Shown here in pieces: positions 19,151 through 28,540 of a stretch of DNA of 64,000 nucleotides. The number at the start of each line of letters is the position of its first letter. Position 1 is the first letter of the stretch. The notes below the pieces were generated by a model that was given only the letters and a program-made list of their open reading frames with translations, was not told where the DNA came from and searched no databases. Source of the stretch: Promethearchaeia archaeon (GTDB lineage: Archaea > Asgardarchaeota > Lokiarchaeia > Sigyniarchaeales > SOKP01); NCBI GenBank assembly GCA_029856045.1, contig JAHQWG010000028.1, forward strand, positions 78,547 to 142,546. The letters run 5' to 3'. The position numbers and the translations under genes are program-made.

Positions 19151-19948
19151 TTGAAAAAAATGAGTTATGAAGATATAATTTATGAAAAAAAGGAGGGGGT
19201 TGCTCGCATAACTATCAATCGACCTCAGCGCTATAACGCATGTACACAGCACACTGTTCATGAATTGATCGACGCTTTCAATAGGTGTATGGATAATGAA
19301 ATTGGCGTTGTGGTATTCACCGGTGCAGGGGAGAAGGCGTTTTGTACCGGTGGGGATCAAACGACCCGCGAGAAGGGCGGATACAAGGGGGAGTATATGT
19401 TACCGTTGGAGGTGGGCTGGCAACGCGTGACGCTTCTGATCCGCACTCTACCCAAACCGGTCATCGCTCGAGTGAACGGGTACGCGATCGGAGGAGGTCA
19501 TGTATGGCATGTTAATTGTGATCTCAGCATTGCAGCAAAACATGCGCAGCTTGGGCAAGCAGGTCCTCGCGTAGGTTCTTTTGATCCAGGGTATGGAACT
19601 GGTGACTTAATGCGTGCCGTGGGCATGAAACGTGCCAAAGAAATTTGGTTTCTATGTCGTCGATATACAGCACAACAAGCATTGGAAATGGGACTTGTGA
19701 ATGCTGTTGTACCGTATGAAAAATTGGACGAGGAAGTGGATAAATGGTGTCAAGAACTGTTAGAAAAGAGCCCAACAGCGCTGAGAATGCTCAAATATGC
19801 TTTCTTGGCCGAAACTGATGGAGTAACAGGTATCACACAGTTAGGAGTTGGGGGACTAGGTCTTTACTATGGCACCGAGGAGGCTGTGGAAGGAAAGAAT
19901 GCATTTTTAGAAAAACGCAAACCTGATTTTAATAAATTCAGAAAATAG
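19151..19948 (+). CDS. MenB/BadI-type crotonase (1,4-dihydroxy-2-naphthoyl-CoA synthase / 2-ketocyclohexanecarboxyl-CoA hydrolase family)
   Basis: Long stretches match my recollection of E. coli MenB: FCTGGDQ, GYAIGGGHV.H..CDL.IAA, GQ.GP.VGSFD.GYG, KRAKEIWFLCRRY.A..AL.MGLVN.VVP, and EG.NAF.EKR.PDF.KF at the C-terminus. The track start at 19151 is a TTG, and the ATG at 19160 (MSYEDII) is the likelier start. Confidence 0.8.
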   Translation: MKKMSYEDIIYEKKEGVARITINRPQRYNACTQHTVHELIDAFNRCMDNEIGVVVFTGAGEKAFCTGGDQTTREKGGYKGEYMLPLEVGWQRVTLLIRTLPKPVIARVNGYAIGGGHVWHVNCDLSIAAKHAQLGQAGPRVGSFDPGYGTGDLMRAVGMKRAKEIWFLCRRYTAQQALEMGLVNAVVPYEKLDEEVDKWCQELLEKSPTALRMLKYAFLAETDGVTGITQLGVGGLGLYYGTEEAVEGKNAFLEKRKPDFNKFRK

Positions 19949-20808
19949 TGAGGGTTATGGATATTAAAAAAATTTGTATAATTGGAGCAGGTATTATGGG
20001 TCATGGGATTGCGCAATTAGTTGCAACTCATGGATATGATGTAAACCTTGTAGATGTAAATGATGAAGTTTTAAATAAAGCAAAAGCCTCTATTGAAAAG
20101 AGTCTCAACAGATTTTTTGTAGCAAAAAATAAGATTACTGCTGAAGAAGCTGAAAAAATTCTAGATAGGATTAGTCTAAATGTTAATAGGGATGATGCAG
20201 TTAAAGACGTACAAATGGGAATTGAGGCTGTGTTTGAAGATATTACTTTAAAGCAGCAATTATTCTCTGAGCTGGATGCTATATGCGATAAAGATGTAAT
20301 TCTTGCGTCTAATACATCTTCATTGAGTATTACAGATATTGCTATAAAATCTAAAAATCCAGATAGGATCGTAGGGATTCATTTCTTCAACCCGGCTCCA
20401 GTTATGAGATTAATAGAATTAATAAAAGGGAAGAATACATCTGATGAAGTCTTAAAAACGTCAAAAAAGTTCTCTGAGAGCTTAAATAAAACTGTAGTGA
20501 CCGTAAATGATGCTCCTGGCTTCGTAACAACTCGGCTCATTTATGTATTATGTAATGAAGCTGCAAACATGAAAATGGAAGGAATCGCCAGCACAGAAGA
20601 TATTGATATTGCTTGTAAATTGGCGTTCAATTTTCCCATGGGTCCTTTAGAACTAAGTGATCTCGTAGGGAATGATATTTATTTGCATATAGGAGAATAT
20701 TTAGAAAAGGAATTCGGAGATAAATATAAACCGTGCCCTATTCTAAAAGAAATGGTTGATAAAAATTTATTGGGAAGAAAATCTAAAAAAGGCTTTTATG
20801 AATATTAA
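19948..20808 (+). CDS. hbd: 3-hydroxyacyl/3-hydroxybutyryl-CoA dehydrogenase
   Basis: Rossmann motif ICIIGAGIMGHGIAQ, plus SNTSSLSITDIA, GIHFFNPAPVMRLIELI and the C-terminal GRKSKKGFYEY. The start is either the GTG at 19948 or the ATG at 19957. Confidence 0.85.
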   Translation: MRVMDIKKICIIGAGIMGHGIAQLVATHGYDVNLVDVNDEVLNKAKASIEKSLNRFFVAKNKITAEEAEKILDRISLNVNRDDAVKDVQMGIEAVFEDITLKQQLFSELDAICDKDVILASNTSSLSITDIAIKSKNPDRIVGIHFFNPAPVMRLIELIKGKNTSDEVLKTSKKFSESLNKTVVTVNDAPGFVTTRLIYVLCNEAANMKMEGIASTEDIDIACKLAFNFPMGPLELSDLVGNDIYLHIGEYLEKEFGDKYKPCPILKEMVDKNLLGRKSKKGFYEY

Positions 20809-20850
20809 CTTTTAGCTTAAATCATTACCTTAATTTTTTTCTTTTATTTT

Positions 20851-21993
20851 TTATTTTAACTCTTCCCGTGCAATGATTAAGTTCTGTATCTCGGAAGTTC
20901 CACCTCCGATCATAAAGAATTTAGCATCTCTCATATATCTTTCAACAGAATAATCGTCTGTATATCCATCTCCACCGTGAATCTGAACTGCTTCTGATGT
21001 GATTTCTACAGCAGTTTTACTTGAGAAAACTTTTGCCATTGAAGCTTCCTTAGTTATATTCATGTTCATTTCATTTAATTTTGCAGCATTATAAGTTAAT
21101 AGTCGTGCAGCCTGTAACTTTGTAGCCATTTCTGCAATTTTTAATTTAATAAGTTGAAATGATGAGATTGGTTTATTAAATTGAATTCGATTTTTTGCAT
21201 AATATTTGGAATCCTCTAAAGCCGCCAGAGATATACCATTACTCTCGGAACTCAAGGTCAACCTTTCTATATTAAAAGTAGCCATCAAACTTTGAAATCC
21301 ACTTCCCTCTTCGCCGATAAGATTTTCTTCTGAAACTTCTATATTTTTAAACTGAAGAATCCCATTATATATTCCATTTATTCCCATTAAACCATAAGGA
21401 TTTTCAATTGTTAAGCCGGGAGTATCTTTTTCCACTAAGAATACACTCATTCCATTTCGGGGATCAACATTATTATTTGTAATGCACCAAATAAAATAAT
21501 AATCTGCTATTCCCACATTAACAATAAATCTTTTAGAACCATTTAGGAGATAAATGTCTCCCCTTTTTTCTGCTACAGTTTTTATTCCCGCCACATTAGA
21601 ACCTGCATCTTTTTCTGTAACACAAATACTGCATAATTTTTCTCCGGTAGCAATTTTTTTCAGGTAATTTTCTTTTTGAACTTCATTTCCAAATTTATTA
21701 AGAAGGAATCCATCTAAAATACAAGGCGTTCGAGTAACACTGATTGAGGTATTAATTCTCGAAATTTCTTCAGTTATCATACAATGAGCAATCATTCCAA
21801 ACTCCGAACCATTGTATCTTTTTGGAATTAAAGGTCCAATTAATCCCTTTTTTCCAATTTCTTTAATCAAAGAAGGAGGAATTTTTCTATTCTGATTAAT
21901 TTCATTCTTTATCGGTTCTAATTCTGTTAATAAAAACTTTCTTACATCTTCCCGTAATGCGTAGTGTTTCTCTGAAAAAAATAATTCGTTCAT
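20851..21993 (-). CDS. Acyl-CoA dehydrogenase
   Basis: 380 aa with CVTEKDAGSNVAGIKT, QFNKPISSFQLIKLKIAEM, and QIHGGDGYTDDYSVERYMRDAKFFMIGGGTSEIQ near the C-terminus. Confidence 0.85.
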   Translation of the reverse strand: MNELFFSEKHYALREDVRKFLLTELEPIKNEINQNRKIPPSLIKEIGKKGLIGPLIPKRYNGSEFGMIAHCMITEEISRINTSISVTRTPCILDGFLLNKFGNEVQKENYLKKIATGEKLCSICVTEKDAGSNVAGIKTVAEKRGDIYLLNGSKRFIVNVGIADYYFIWCITNNNVDPRNGMSVFLVEKDTPGLTIENPYGLMGINGIYNGILQFKNIEVSEENLIGEEGSGFQSLMATFNIERLTLSSESNGISLAALEDSKYYAKNRIQFNKPISSFQLIKLKIAEMATKLQAARLLTYNAAKLNEMNMNITKEASMAKVFSSKTAVEITSEAVQIHGGDGYTDDYSVERYMRDAKFFMIGGGTSEIQNLIIAREELK

Positions 21994-22145
21994 CTAATCA
22001 TCACTAATTTGTTTTTCATACTATTTTATATTATGAGTTAATTTTAAATATTAAATTTTTAATTAATTAAAAAATACATCTCCTAAAACAATTATGCAAA
22101 TTATACCTAAAATCATAAAAGTAATGCCATTATAAAACATTTAAA

Positions 22146-22541
22146 ATGAAAGGAACCTACATTTTAGAAATCAGCTTTCAAAATGATATCGAATTATCAA
22201 TTGGAAGTTTAGGTTTAATTCATTTTAAAAAAGGTTTCTATTACTATATCGGATCAGCAATGGGTTCTCAAGGTTCCTCTGCTTTACTTAATCGTGTTAA
22301 GCGTCATCTAAAGAATTCTAATGAAAAGAAAAGATTTTGGCATATAGATTATCTCCTTGAAAGTAAGAATGCTCTTTTAACCAAAATTATTCTTATCCCC
22401 TGTCAAATCAAATTAGAATGTGAGTTTGCAAGAAGTTTTTTACAATTGACAGATAATTTTATTCCAAACTTTGGAAGTAGCGATTGTAATTGTAAAACTC
22501 ATTTATTACATTTTACAAAATCCAATAATTTGTTCAAATAA
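22146..22541 (+). CDS. DUF123 / GIY-YIG-superfamily (Uri-like) domain protein
   Basis: 131 aa with the pattern GTYILEI..IGSLG.I.F.KGFYYYIGSA..L..RV.RHL......WHIDYLL, typical of archaeal DUF123 proteins. Confidence 0.55.
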   Translation: MKGTYILEISFQNDIELSIGSLGLIHFKKGFYYYIGSAMGSQGSSALLNRVKRHLKNSNEKKRFWHIDYLLESKNALLTKIILIPCQIKLECEFARSFLQLTDNFIPNFGSSDCNCKTHLLHFTKSNNLFK

Positions 22542-22631
22542 TCAATTGAAAGAAAGAAAAAATCAAAATTAATATTCAATTTTTCATTTATATTTAAAAA
22601 AGAAAAATAAAGTTGATTTTTACAATTGCAG

Positions 22632-23114
22632 ATGGTTACTCACTTTTTGGTCGGAATTATCATACAGAAATATCTTTTTGGAATAATTCCGTTTCCCTTT
22701 GATATTATATTAATATTAATATTGGCATTTTTATCGCATATTCTCGTTGATTGCCTTTCAAGATTGACATTTCATACACCCGAACCACAAAAAGGTGATA
22801 AAATCTGGCTATCCTGGCATATTATTATTTATGTGGCGAGCTTTCTGGTTTTCATAATTTTTTTTAATCCGTATTGGCTGGCTATGATTGCATCAATCTT
22901 ATTCGATATTTGGGACTGGTATACTCTAAGGGCAATACAACGTCATATTAAAAAAGATCCAAACTGGGGAAAAAAATATTTTTTACATCCAATAGTCGAT
23001 AAAATAAGAAGTAAATTCTTTATGTGGCTCCCAGATCTTACCTACAACCATAAAGGTATAATAGTTGAGATAGTTATCATAATTTCATTATTGTGTATTA
23101 TCTTATTTCTCTGA
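22632..23114 (+). CDS. Small membrane protein, possibly a DUF457-like membrane-bound metal-dependent hydrolase
   Basis: The track ORF starts at the TTG at 22626, and the ATG at 22632 gives MVTHFLVG. An SHILVDCLS motif and four hydrophobic segments are present. Confidence 0.4.
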   Translation: MVTHFLVGIIIQKYLFGIIPFPFDIILILILAFLSHILVDCLSRLTFHTPEPQKGDKIWLSWHIIIYVASFLVFIIFFNPYWLAMIASILFDIWDWYTLRAIQRHIKKDPNWGKKYFLHPIVDKIRSKFFMWLPDLTYNHKGIIVEIVIIISLLCIILFL

Positions 23115-23215
23115 AATAATTTCGTTTTTAAATACAAATAATAAGATCTGTTTATTCTAATTATTTATAGTTAAATTCTATAATAACATTAATTTCACAA
23201 AAAGGTAAAGAAAAA

Positions 23216-24685
23216 ATGGAAAATATAACCCAAAAAGAATTGAGAAAAATACAGAAGCTGGAAAAACGCCAAGGAATGTTGACAGCATATGTAAGTAAAG
23301 TAGGAAAATTGCTACTTTATATTCTTCCACTGGTACTTGTGGTAATTACAATACTAACACTCTTTCAAATCTCAATGTATGCTATCTTCTATGTAGTTTT
23401 GTTAATTTACGGAATAAATTCATTGATCTTATTCTATGGCGCAAGTTTAACAAAGAAATCATTTCAATCCAGATTAAAGTTTGAAAGAAGACGTGGTCGA
23501 CCCATCGATTCTCTTGATGGATTTGATTTGCTCTCTTCTAAAGTCCAGCGGGTGATAAATTTACTCAAAATTATTGCTCTTGTGTGTATTGTGTCTTTAA
23601 CATTATTTATCATTATGTTGGCATATAATACAGTCGAATTAGGTTATGCAGCGATTGGTTTTACTTTGGTGGGGTTGGGTTTAGCTTTAATAATCAGAAG
23701 TTTGAATTTAAAGGTTTCAGAGGTAAATGGCCTCCAAGATTTTTACAAACCAACAACACATCAAATCTTTTTAGATAACTTTTTCGCAGAAATCTTTTCA
23801 AATCATTTGGACCCTGTAACATTTCTTAAATGGGATGATTATATGTTAGGGCTCCAAAAGATTTTGAATCCCAATTTCGTCCAAAAAATTAAAGAGCAAG
23901 AGCCAGATGAGATGCCAATAACGTTTGCGATAGAAAAAATGCTCTTTCTATTTTATTTGAAATATCAAAATGTATTATCTGATGAATTAATAGCTCAAGA
24001 ACTGAAAGAAGTAATCAACATTGACGATAAAGTCTTTAATATTGAAAAGGGGTTGTTAATGGAAAATAATTGGTATTTCTCCAAAAATGATATCTATAAA
24101 ATATTTAAATTCATCAAGAGATATAATCCTGGTTTTTTCAATATAATAGACCGACTACAGTTAGAATTAGCAGATAATATCGAGCGACTTTCCAAGGATC
24201 CAATATACATGGACTCCTCATCCCAAGAAATTGTCTATGTAAATGATGAACTTAACATTATGATTTATCTATTTAACAATACATCAACAGGAAAAAAATA
24301 TTCAGTGAGGGTAATCGCCCCAGGCTTTGATCCGAAGGAACTCGTTTTAGATATTGAAGTTGAAGGACGAGGGACCTTTAAGATCCCTGAAAAACCAATT
24401 CCATTAACAGCAATGGGCGAAACGGATATTTGTGGAGTATTATCTGTGATGTTAGAAAACGGCGATACCACCTGGATAACATTGGAACCGAGAGAAGTTG
24501 GTGAGCAGACTATTCAGATATTTTTAGAATCTGTAGATGGAACAATTATTGAAGGAAAGACAAGGTCTGTGAAAGTTGTTAAAAATTTTAAGGATAATCT
24601 TAAGAAAATAACCTCGATCGGATCTTTGCTTGGTGGGTTGGCTGTTCCCCTTTCAAAAGTGATTCTACCAGGTATAATGCCTTAA
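23216..24685 (+). CDS. Membrane protein with N-terminal TM helices and a C-terminal beta-sandwich-like domain (hypothetical)
   Basis: 489 aa with four hydrophobic helices in residues about 30-165. The C-terminal part is beta-rich (YSVRVIAPGFDPKELVLDIEVEGRGTFKI..TIQIFLESVDG) and ends in a hydrophobic segment. Confidence 0.5.
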   Translation: MENITQKELRKIQKLEKRQGMLTAYVSKVGKLLLYILPLVLVVITILTLFQISMYAIFYVVLLIYGINSLILFYGASLTKKSFQSRLKFERRRGRPIDSLDGFDLLSSKVQRVINLLKIIALVCIVSLTLFIIMLAYNTVELGYAAIGFTLVGLGLALIIRSLNLKVSEVNGLQDFYKPTTHQIFLDNFFAEIFSNHLDPVTFLKWDDYMLGLQKILNPNFVQKIKEQEPDEMPITFAIEKMLFLFYLKYQNVLSDELIAQELKEVINIDDKVFNIEKGLLMENNWYFSKNDIYKIFKFIKRYNPGFFNIIDRLQLELADNIERLSKDPIYMDSSSQEIVYVNDELNIMIYLFNNTSTGKKYSVRVIAPGFDPKELVLDIEVEGRGTFKIPEKPIPLTAMGETDICGVLSVMLENGDTTWITLEPREVGEQTIQIFLESVDGTIIEGKTRSVKVVKNFKDNLKKITSIGSLLGGLAVPLSKVILPGIMP

Positions 24686-24830
24686 TAATAATTTTTTTTT
24701 TTATTTTCTTTTTTAAAGAATGCTTATATTAGGTTATTTATTCATATTAGCCAAGAATTTAAAGATATAATTAATTTAAATCCTCTAATTTTAATTTTTC
24801 TGGCAATTATTTAATATTATGGAAATAACT

Positions 24831-25409
24831 TCAATTTTCTTGAACTTCTATTTTCCTTTTTTTGAAACCATGTTCGATTAAATTTTCAATTATCGGTTTC
24901 ATCGTTGGACAAACTTCCCAATTACCCTTATATTCACACCGCTCACACTCTTTAGTAATGTGATTAGCTCTAACGTAAGCTATTACTCCAGTATAGAAAT
25001 TTACTAGAAATAGCGATAATATTTTTAATATAAGAAATATCGGAAGATATATTACGGCAACAATATAGAATCCCGTTCCAATTCCTATTGACACTTTTGA
25101 AAGAATTTTAAGAATTTTAAATTTTGTCAGATGGAAGATATTCAATAAAATTGCCAAAAAAAAAAGAAACGAAAGAAAATATAAAATAAAAAGATTTTGT
25201 AAACTCAAATCTATGAAGAGAATTGAAAAGATAATTGTAAGAATAATTGTAGGGTAATATGTAAAGCATCCTATACAAAACCTATATTTTCCAATATGAT
25301 ACACATGATCAGAGAAATGTTCACAATTGGGATGGTGAGATAAAACTATAGGTTTTATATCAGAAAAAAATAAAGAGACTCGTTTGAATTTTATCTTTAA
25401 ACTTGTCAT
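24831..25409 (-). CDS. Cys/His-motif membrane protein (DUF2085-like)
   Basis: 192 aa. N-terminal HHPNCEHFSDHVYHIGKYRFCIGC, then four TM helices and a C-terminal CERCEYKGNWEVCP. Confidence 0.4.
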   Translation of the reverse strand: MTSLKIKFKRVSLFFSDIKPIVLSHHPNCEHFSDHVYHIGKYRFCIGCFTYYPTIILTIIFSILFIDLSLQNLFILYFLSFLFFLAILLNIFHLTKFKILKILSKVSIGIGTGFYIVAVIYLPIFLILKILSLFLVNFYTGVIAYVRANHITKECERCEYKGNWEVCPTMKPIIENLIEHGFKKRKIEVQEN

Positions 25410-25491
25410 GCTTTTACTTATTCTTGATTTAATATAAAAGGAAAAAAAAAGATAATTAAAAAATTAAATTTTATCTTAACAGAATCTCTTA

Positions 25492-25707
25492 CTACTTACG
25501 TACAATCAGGTAGATGATACATCCTATACAACCAGTGATAAGTACAATGATGAGCCAAAGGGCTCCTCCCATTTCTCTTTTCTCGGCATCTCTGTAGACC
25601 CATACACATAACGCTATTGATACTATGCACCAGATAACAAAAAGTACGATGAAGATGGTCATAAAACCAGCAAGCGCAGCAAGAGGATCATAGTCAATTA
25701 ATAACAT
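25492..25707 (-). CDS. Small two-TM protein with a PLDc_N-like motif (paralog of 25992-26417)
   Basis: 71 aa. VWVYRDAEKREMGGALWLIIVLITGCIGCIIYLIVRK aligns almost residue for residue with the N-terminal half of the next small gene. Confidence 0.55.
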   Translation of the reverse strand: MLLIDYDPLAALAGFMTIFIVLFVIWCIVSIALCVWVYRDAEKREMGGALWLIIVLITGCIGCIIYLIVRK

Positions 25708-25991
25708 TTTTTATCACATTGAATTTTTTATTTTTTTGTTTTCAAAATATTTTAATTATTGAATTAGTATTCAACGTATAATAATTATGCAACCTAGTTA
25801 TTTAAAGTTTCATTATTAAATGCACATTAATCATAATATTATTTGTAAGATTGTGCTGCTTAAATAAATCTCTGAAATCTTTGAGGTTTTAAAGAAGTTA
25901 GCGACAAAAATGATTCTTTTAAAAATCTAAAAAAAATAGAAAGAAATAGTAAAAAATTTTTAATTTTCTTATTTTAAGCAATATTGGCGCC

Positions 25992-26417
25992 TTATACTTT
26001 ACTTCCACAATGGGGGCAGAATGTAGCTTGCGCTGGAATGGAAGCTCCGCAAGTAGGACAGAATTTTTTGTCCTTTTCTATTGGTTTTCCAGTTTCAGGT
26101 GGTGCGGGTGCTCTCTCCTCATACGGAGTTGTTGCTTGAGTAGTTGTTGGAGCGGTATAACTGGGAGGAGCTTTTTGTTCTCCTCCAATTGGTTTTCTTA
26201 CAATTAAATAAATAATACATCCTAAACAACCTACGAGAAGCACAATAATTAGCCAAACCGTGTTATCCATACCCCGTTTTTCTGCATCTTTATAAACCCA
26301 TACACCTAAAATAATTGGAATAATACAACCCAAAATAATAAGGGGTATCAATAATACCATCATCATACCCATAATTGCTTCATAGGGGTCATAACCATAT
26401 AACATTTTTTCACTCAC
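25992..26417 (-). CDS. Two-TM PLDc_N-like module, Pro/Thr-rich linker and C-terminal zinc ribbon
   Basis: 141 aa. VWVYKDAEKRGMDNTVWLIIVLLVGCLGCIIYLIVRKP, then the linker PPSYTAPTTTQATTPYEERAPAPPETGKP, then CPTCGASIPAQATFCPHCGSK. Confidence 0.6.
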   Translation of the reverse strand: MSEKMLYGYDPYEAIMGMMMVLLIPLIILGCIIPIILGVWVYKDAEKRGMDNTVWLIIVLLVGCLGCIIYLIVRKPIGGEQKAPPSYTAPTTTQATTPYEERAPAPPETGKPIEKDKKFCPTCGASIPAQATFCPHCGSKV

Positions 26418-26591
26418 TTTTACTTTATTTTTATGTTTATTTTTTTTTTTTTGAATTTCAATTAAATTTATTGTAATAAGATTATTTAAAAATTTATAAA
26501 GGTTTTGAATGATTGTTTGATTAATAAATATTTGGTTTAATTATGCTAATAATTAATAAAATTTTTAATTAATTTAAATTTTTGATATAAA

Positions 26592-26957
26592 ATGAAAGAT
26601 CTGTTAGGAATAAAAAATTTGAAAAGTGATTTATCTGCAATGAAAAATGAGATGACTAAAATCAGTTCAGAAATTTCTAAGATGAGCGAAAACATAATAT
26701 ATCTTAGTGATAAAACATCGCAGAGTATGGACAGAGTATCCTCAGAACTTCATGAAATGAATTTAACAATAAGGGAAGCAATGAAAATAACTTCTGATAC
26801 AATTAAAGAGATGAGTGAAAACTTTTCAAAAGCATTAAAAGATGCGCTGAGAGATATGTCTGAAATGAAAGTCAAGGTTGAGGTTAGAGATTCGATTTTG
26901 AAAACTCTTGGAATTGATAAACTTCTTCCGGAGTTTTTAAAAAAATCTAAAAAATAA
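26592..26957 (+). CDS. Coiled-coil hypothetical protein
   Basis: 121-aa heptad-like, Ser/Glu/Lys/Met-rich ORF with no competing frame. Confidence 0.4.
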   Translation: MKDLLGIKNLKSDLSAMKNEMTKISSEISKMSENIIYLSDKTSQSMDRVSSELHEMNLTIREAMKITSDTIKEMSENFSKALKDALRDMSEMKVKVEVRDSILKTLGIDKLLPEFLKKSKK

Positions 26958-26968
26958 AAATATAGAAA

Positions 26969-28381
26969 TTATAAATTTTTAAGTTTTTCTTCATGCAATT
27001 TTGTCAATTTTATTCGATTTTCTGCTAATTGTTTTCCTTTGATGGGATAGAAATATAATCCAATGGCACCGATCAATAGAACAATACATGGAAAAATTCC
27101 TATTAAAAATCGAAGACCTGTTATTACATCAGCTCCTGGGTTCGGTGTGTAAGTTGACCATTCAGTGCCTGAAAATACCAAGCCAATTACTGCAAAATTA
27201 ATGACCGCCGATAACCTGATAAGGAAATTGATGATTCCATAATAAATACCGGCTCGTCGTGTTCCATGCTTGATTTCATCTTCATCAATGATCTCCGCAA
27301 GACATTGGTCATAGAAATAAATAGTTGCACCCAATCCGACACCGGTGAATATCATCACAATGAGACCCACAATATAATCTGGTGTTAACATGTAAATCAA
27401 CATACACAATCCCCAAACTATCATTCCTATCATTCCAACTATGCGAGCGCCTTTTTTTTTACGCAATTTTTCCCAAAAAGGAATACTAAAAAAAGCTACT
27501 ATAAAAGCCGCAAGCAAAACTAATCCTATTAGTTCTGAATCTAGCACTCCATGTACGTGTGTCTCAAATAGAGGAATTAATGTAGGTAATAGATTAACAC
27601 AGATCCAATAAGTAAGTCCAGGGATGAGAAATACTAGAAATGACTTATTTTTAAATGTAAATTTCATTGTGTTTATAAAAGACGGTGCGGTTTCAGCATC
27701 TTTTACAAATATTTTAGGTTCTCGAAGACCCCATTTCACTGCGATGAAAAGAAAAACAACAACTATAATTGCAATAATGATTCCTGTAAGTTGATATTGA
27801 CCCAATGTATCAGGAAGACCCAATTTATTTGCCATATCTTCAATAATAAGTGTAGGCATAACAAAAGCAAAGATTAATGCAATAAGAACGAACATTACAC
27901 GGGTTCGCCCTACTTCACTCCTTTCTTTCATAGAAACGAACATTTCCGAAAAAATTGCATTATAATTTAAATTAAATGCCGTGTAAACCGAGTCAAATAT
28001 AATAAGTATAATCAATAAATAAATAAGATTGACTACATCGGAGTTAGCATAGATAGGGGGTGTAAAAAGTAAAATCATTATAATCGCTAGTGGAATAATA
28101 GCACCGACCATCCATGGAGTTCTGCGTCCCCACTTAGATTGTGTCCGATCAGAAAGATAACCAATGAGCGGATCATTAATACTATTCCATATACTCCAAA
28201 GGATAAAAGCTAGACTAATCCATAGAACTGGCAATCCAATCACAGTGAAATAGAAAAGAAAAATCAAAAATGAAAAACTCTGGTAGGCAACATTATCTCC
28301 AACTTCAGCAAGAGAGTAAGCCAATTTCATACGAGAATCTTTTCGAGGTTTCACTTCGTTCTTAGAGTTCATTTCGTTCAT
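26969..28381 (-). CDS. GPH-family (MelB/YicJ-like) glycoside-pentoside-hexuronide:cation symporter
   Basis: 470 aa and about 12 TM segments. It carries the family signature NDPLIGYLSDRTQSKWGRRTPWMV. Confidence 0.75.
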   Translation of the reverse strand: MNEMNSKNEVKPRKDSRMKLAYSLAEVGDNVAYQSFSFLIFLFYFTVIGLPVLWISLAFILWSIWNSINDPLIGYLSDRTQSKWGRRTPWMVGAIIPLAIIMILLFTPPIYANSDVVNLIYLLIILIIFDSVYTAFNLNYNAIFSEMFVSMKERSEVGRTRVMFVLIALIFAFVMPTLIIEDMANKLGLPDTLGQYQLTGIIIAIIVVVFLFIAVKWGLREPKIFVKDAETAPSFINTMKFTFKNKSFLVFLIPGLTYWICVNLLPTLIPLFETHVHGVLDSELIGLVLLAAFIVAFFSIPFWEKLRKKKGARIVGMIGMIVWGLCMLIYMLTPDYIVGLIVMIFTGVGLGATIYFYDQCLAEIIDEDEIKHGTRRAGIYYGIINFLIRLSAVINFAVIGLVFSGTEWSTYTPNPGADVITGLRFLIGIFPCIVLLIGAIGLYFYPIKGKQLAENRIKLTKLHEEKLKNL

Positions 28382-28540
28382 TTTTTTAACCTTTTTTTTT
28401 ATAAATATTTTGAATCATAATGATTAAATTTTAAAAATTAATTATATTTTAACTCTTTGATTAATATCAATATAAATATTTGCTAAAAAAAGAGACTATA
28501 TAAGATCCAGAAACGAAAAAATAGAAAAAATAAATAATAT

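Noticed and set aside
18920-19360. Track ORFs 18920-19102 (+) and 19094-19360 (-).
   Set aside because: Both are short and low-complexity. The first spans an intergenic AT-rich stretch. The second is antisense to the 5' end of the MenB/BadI-like gene.
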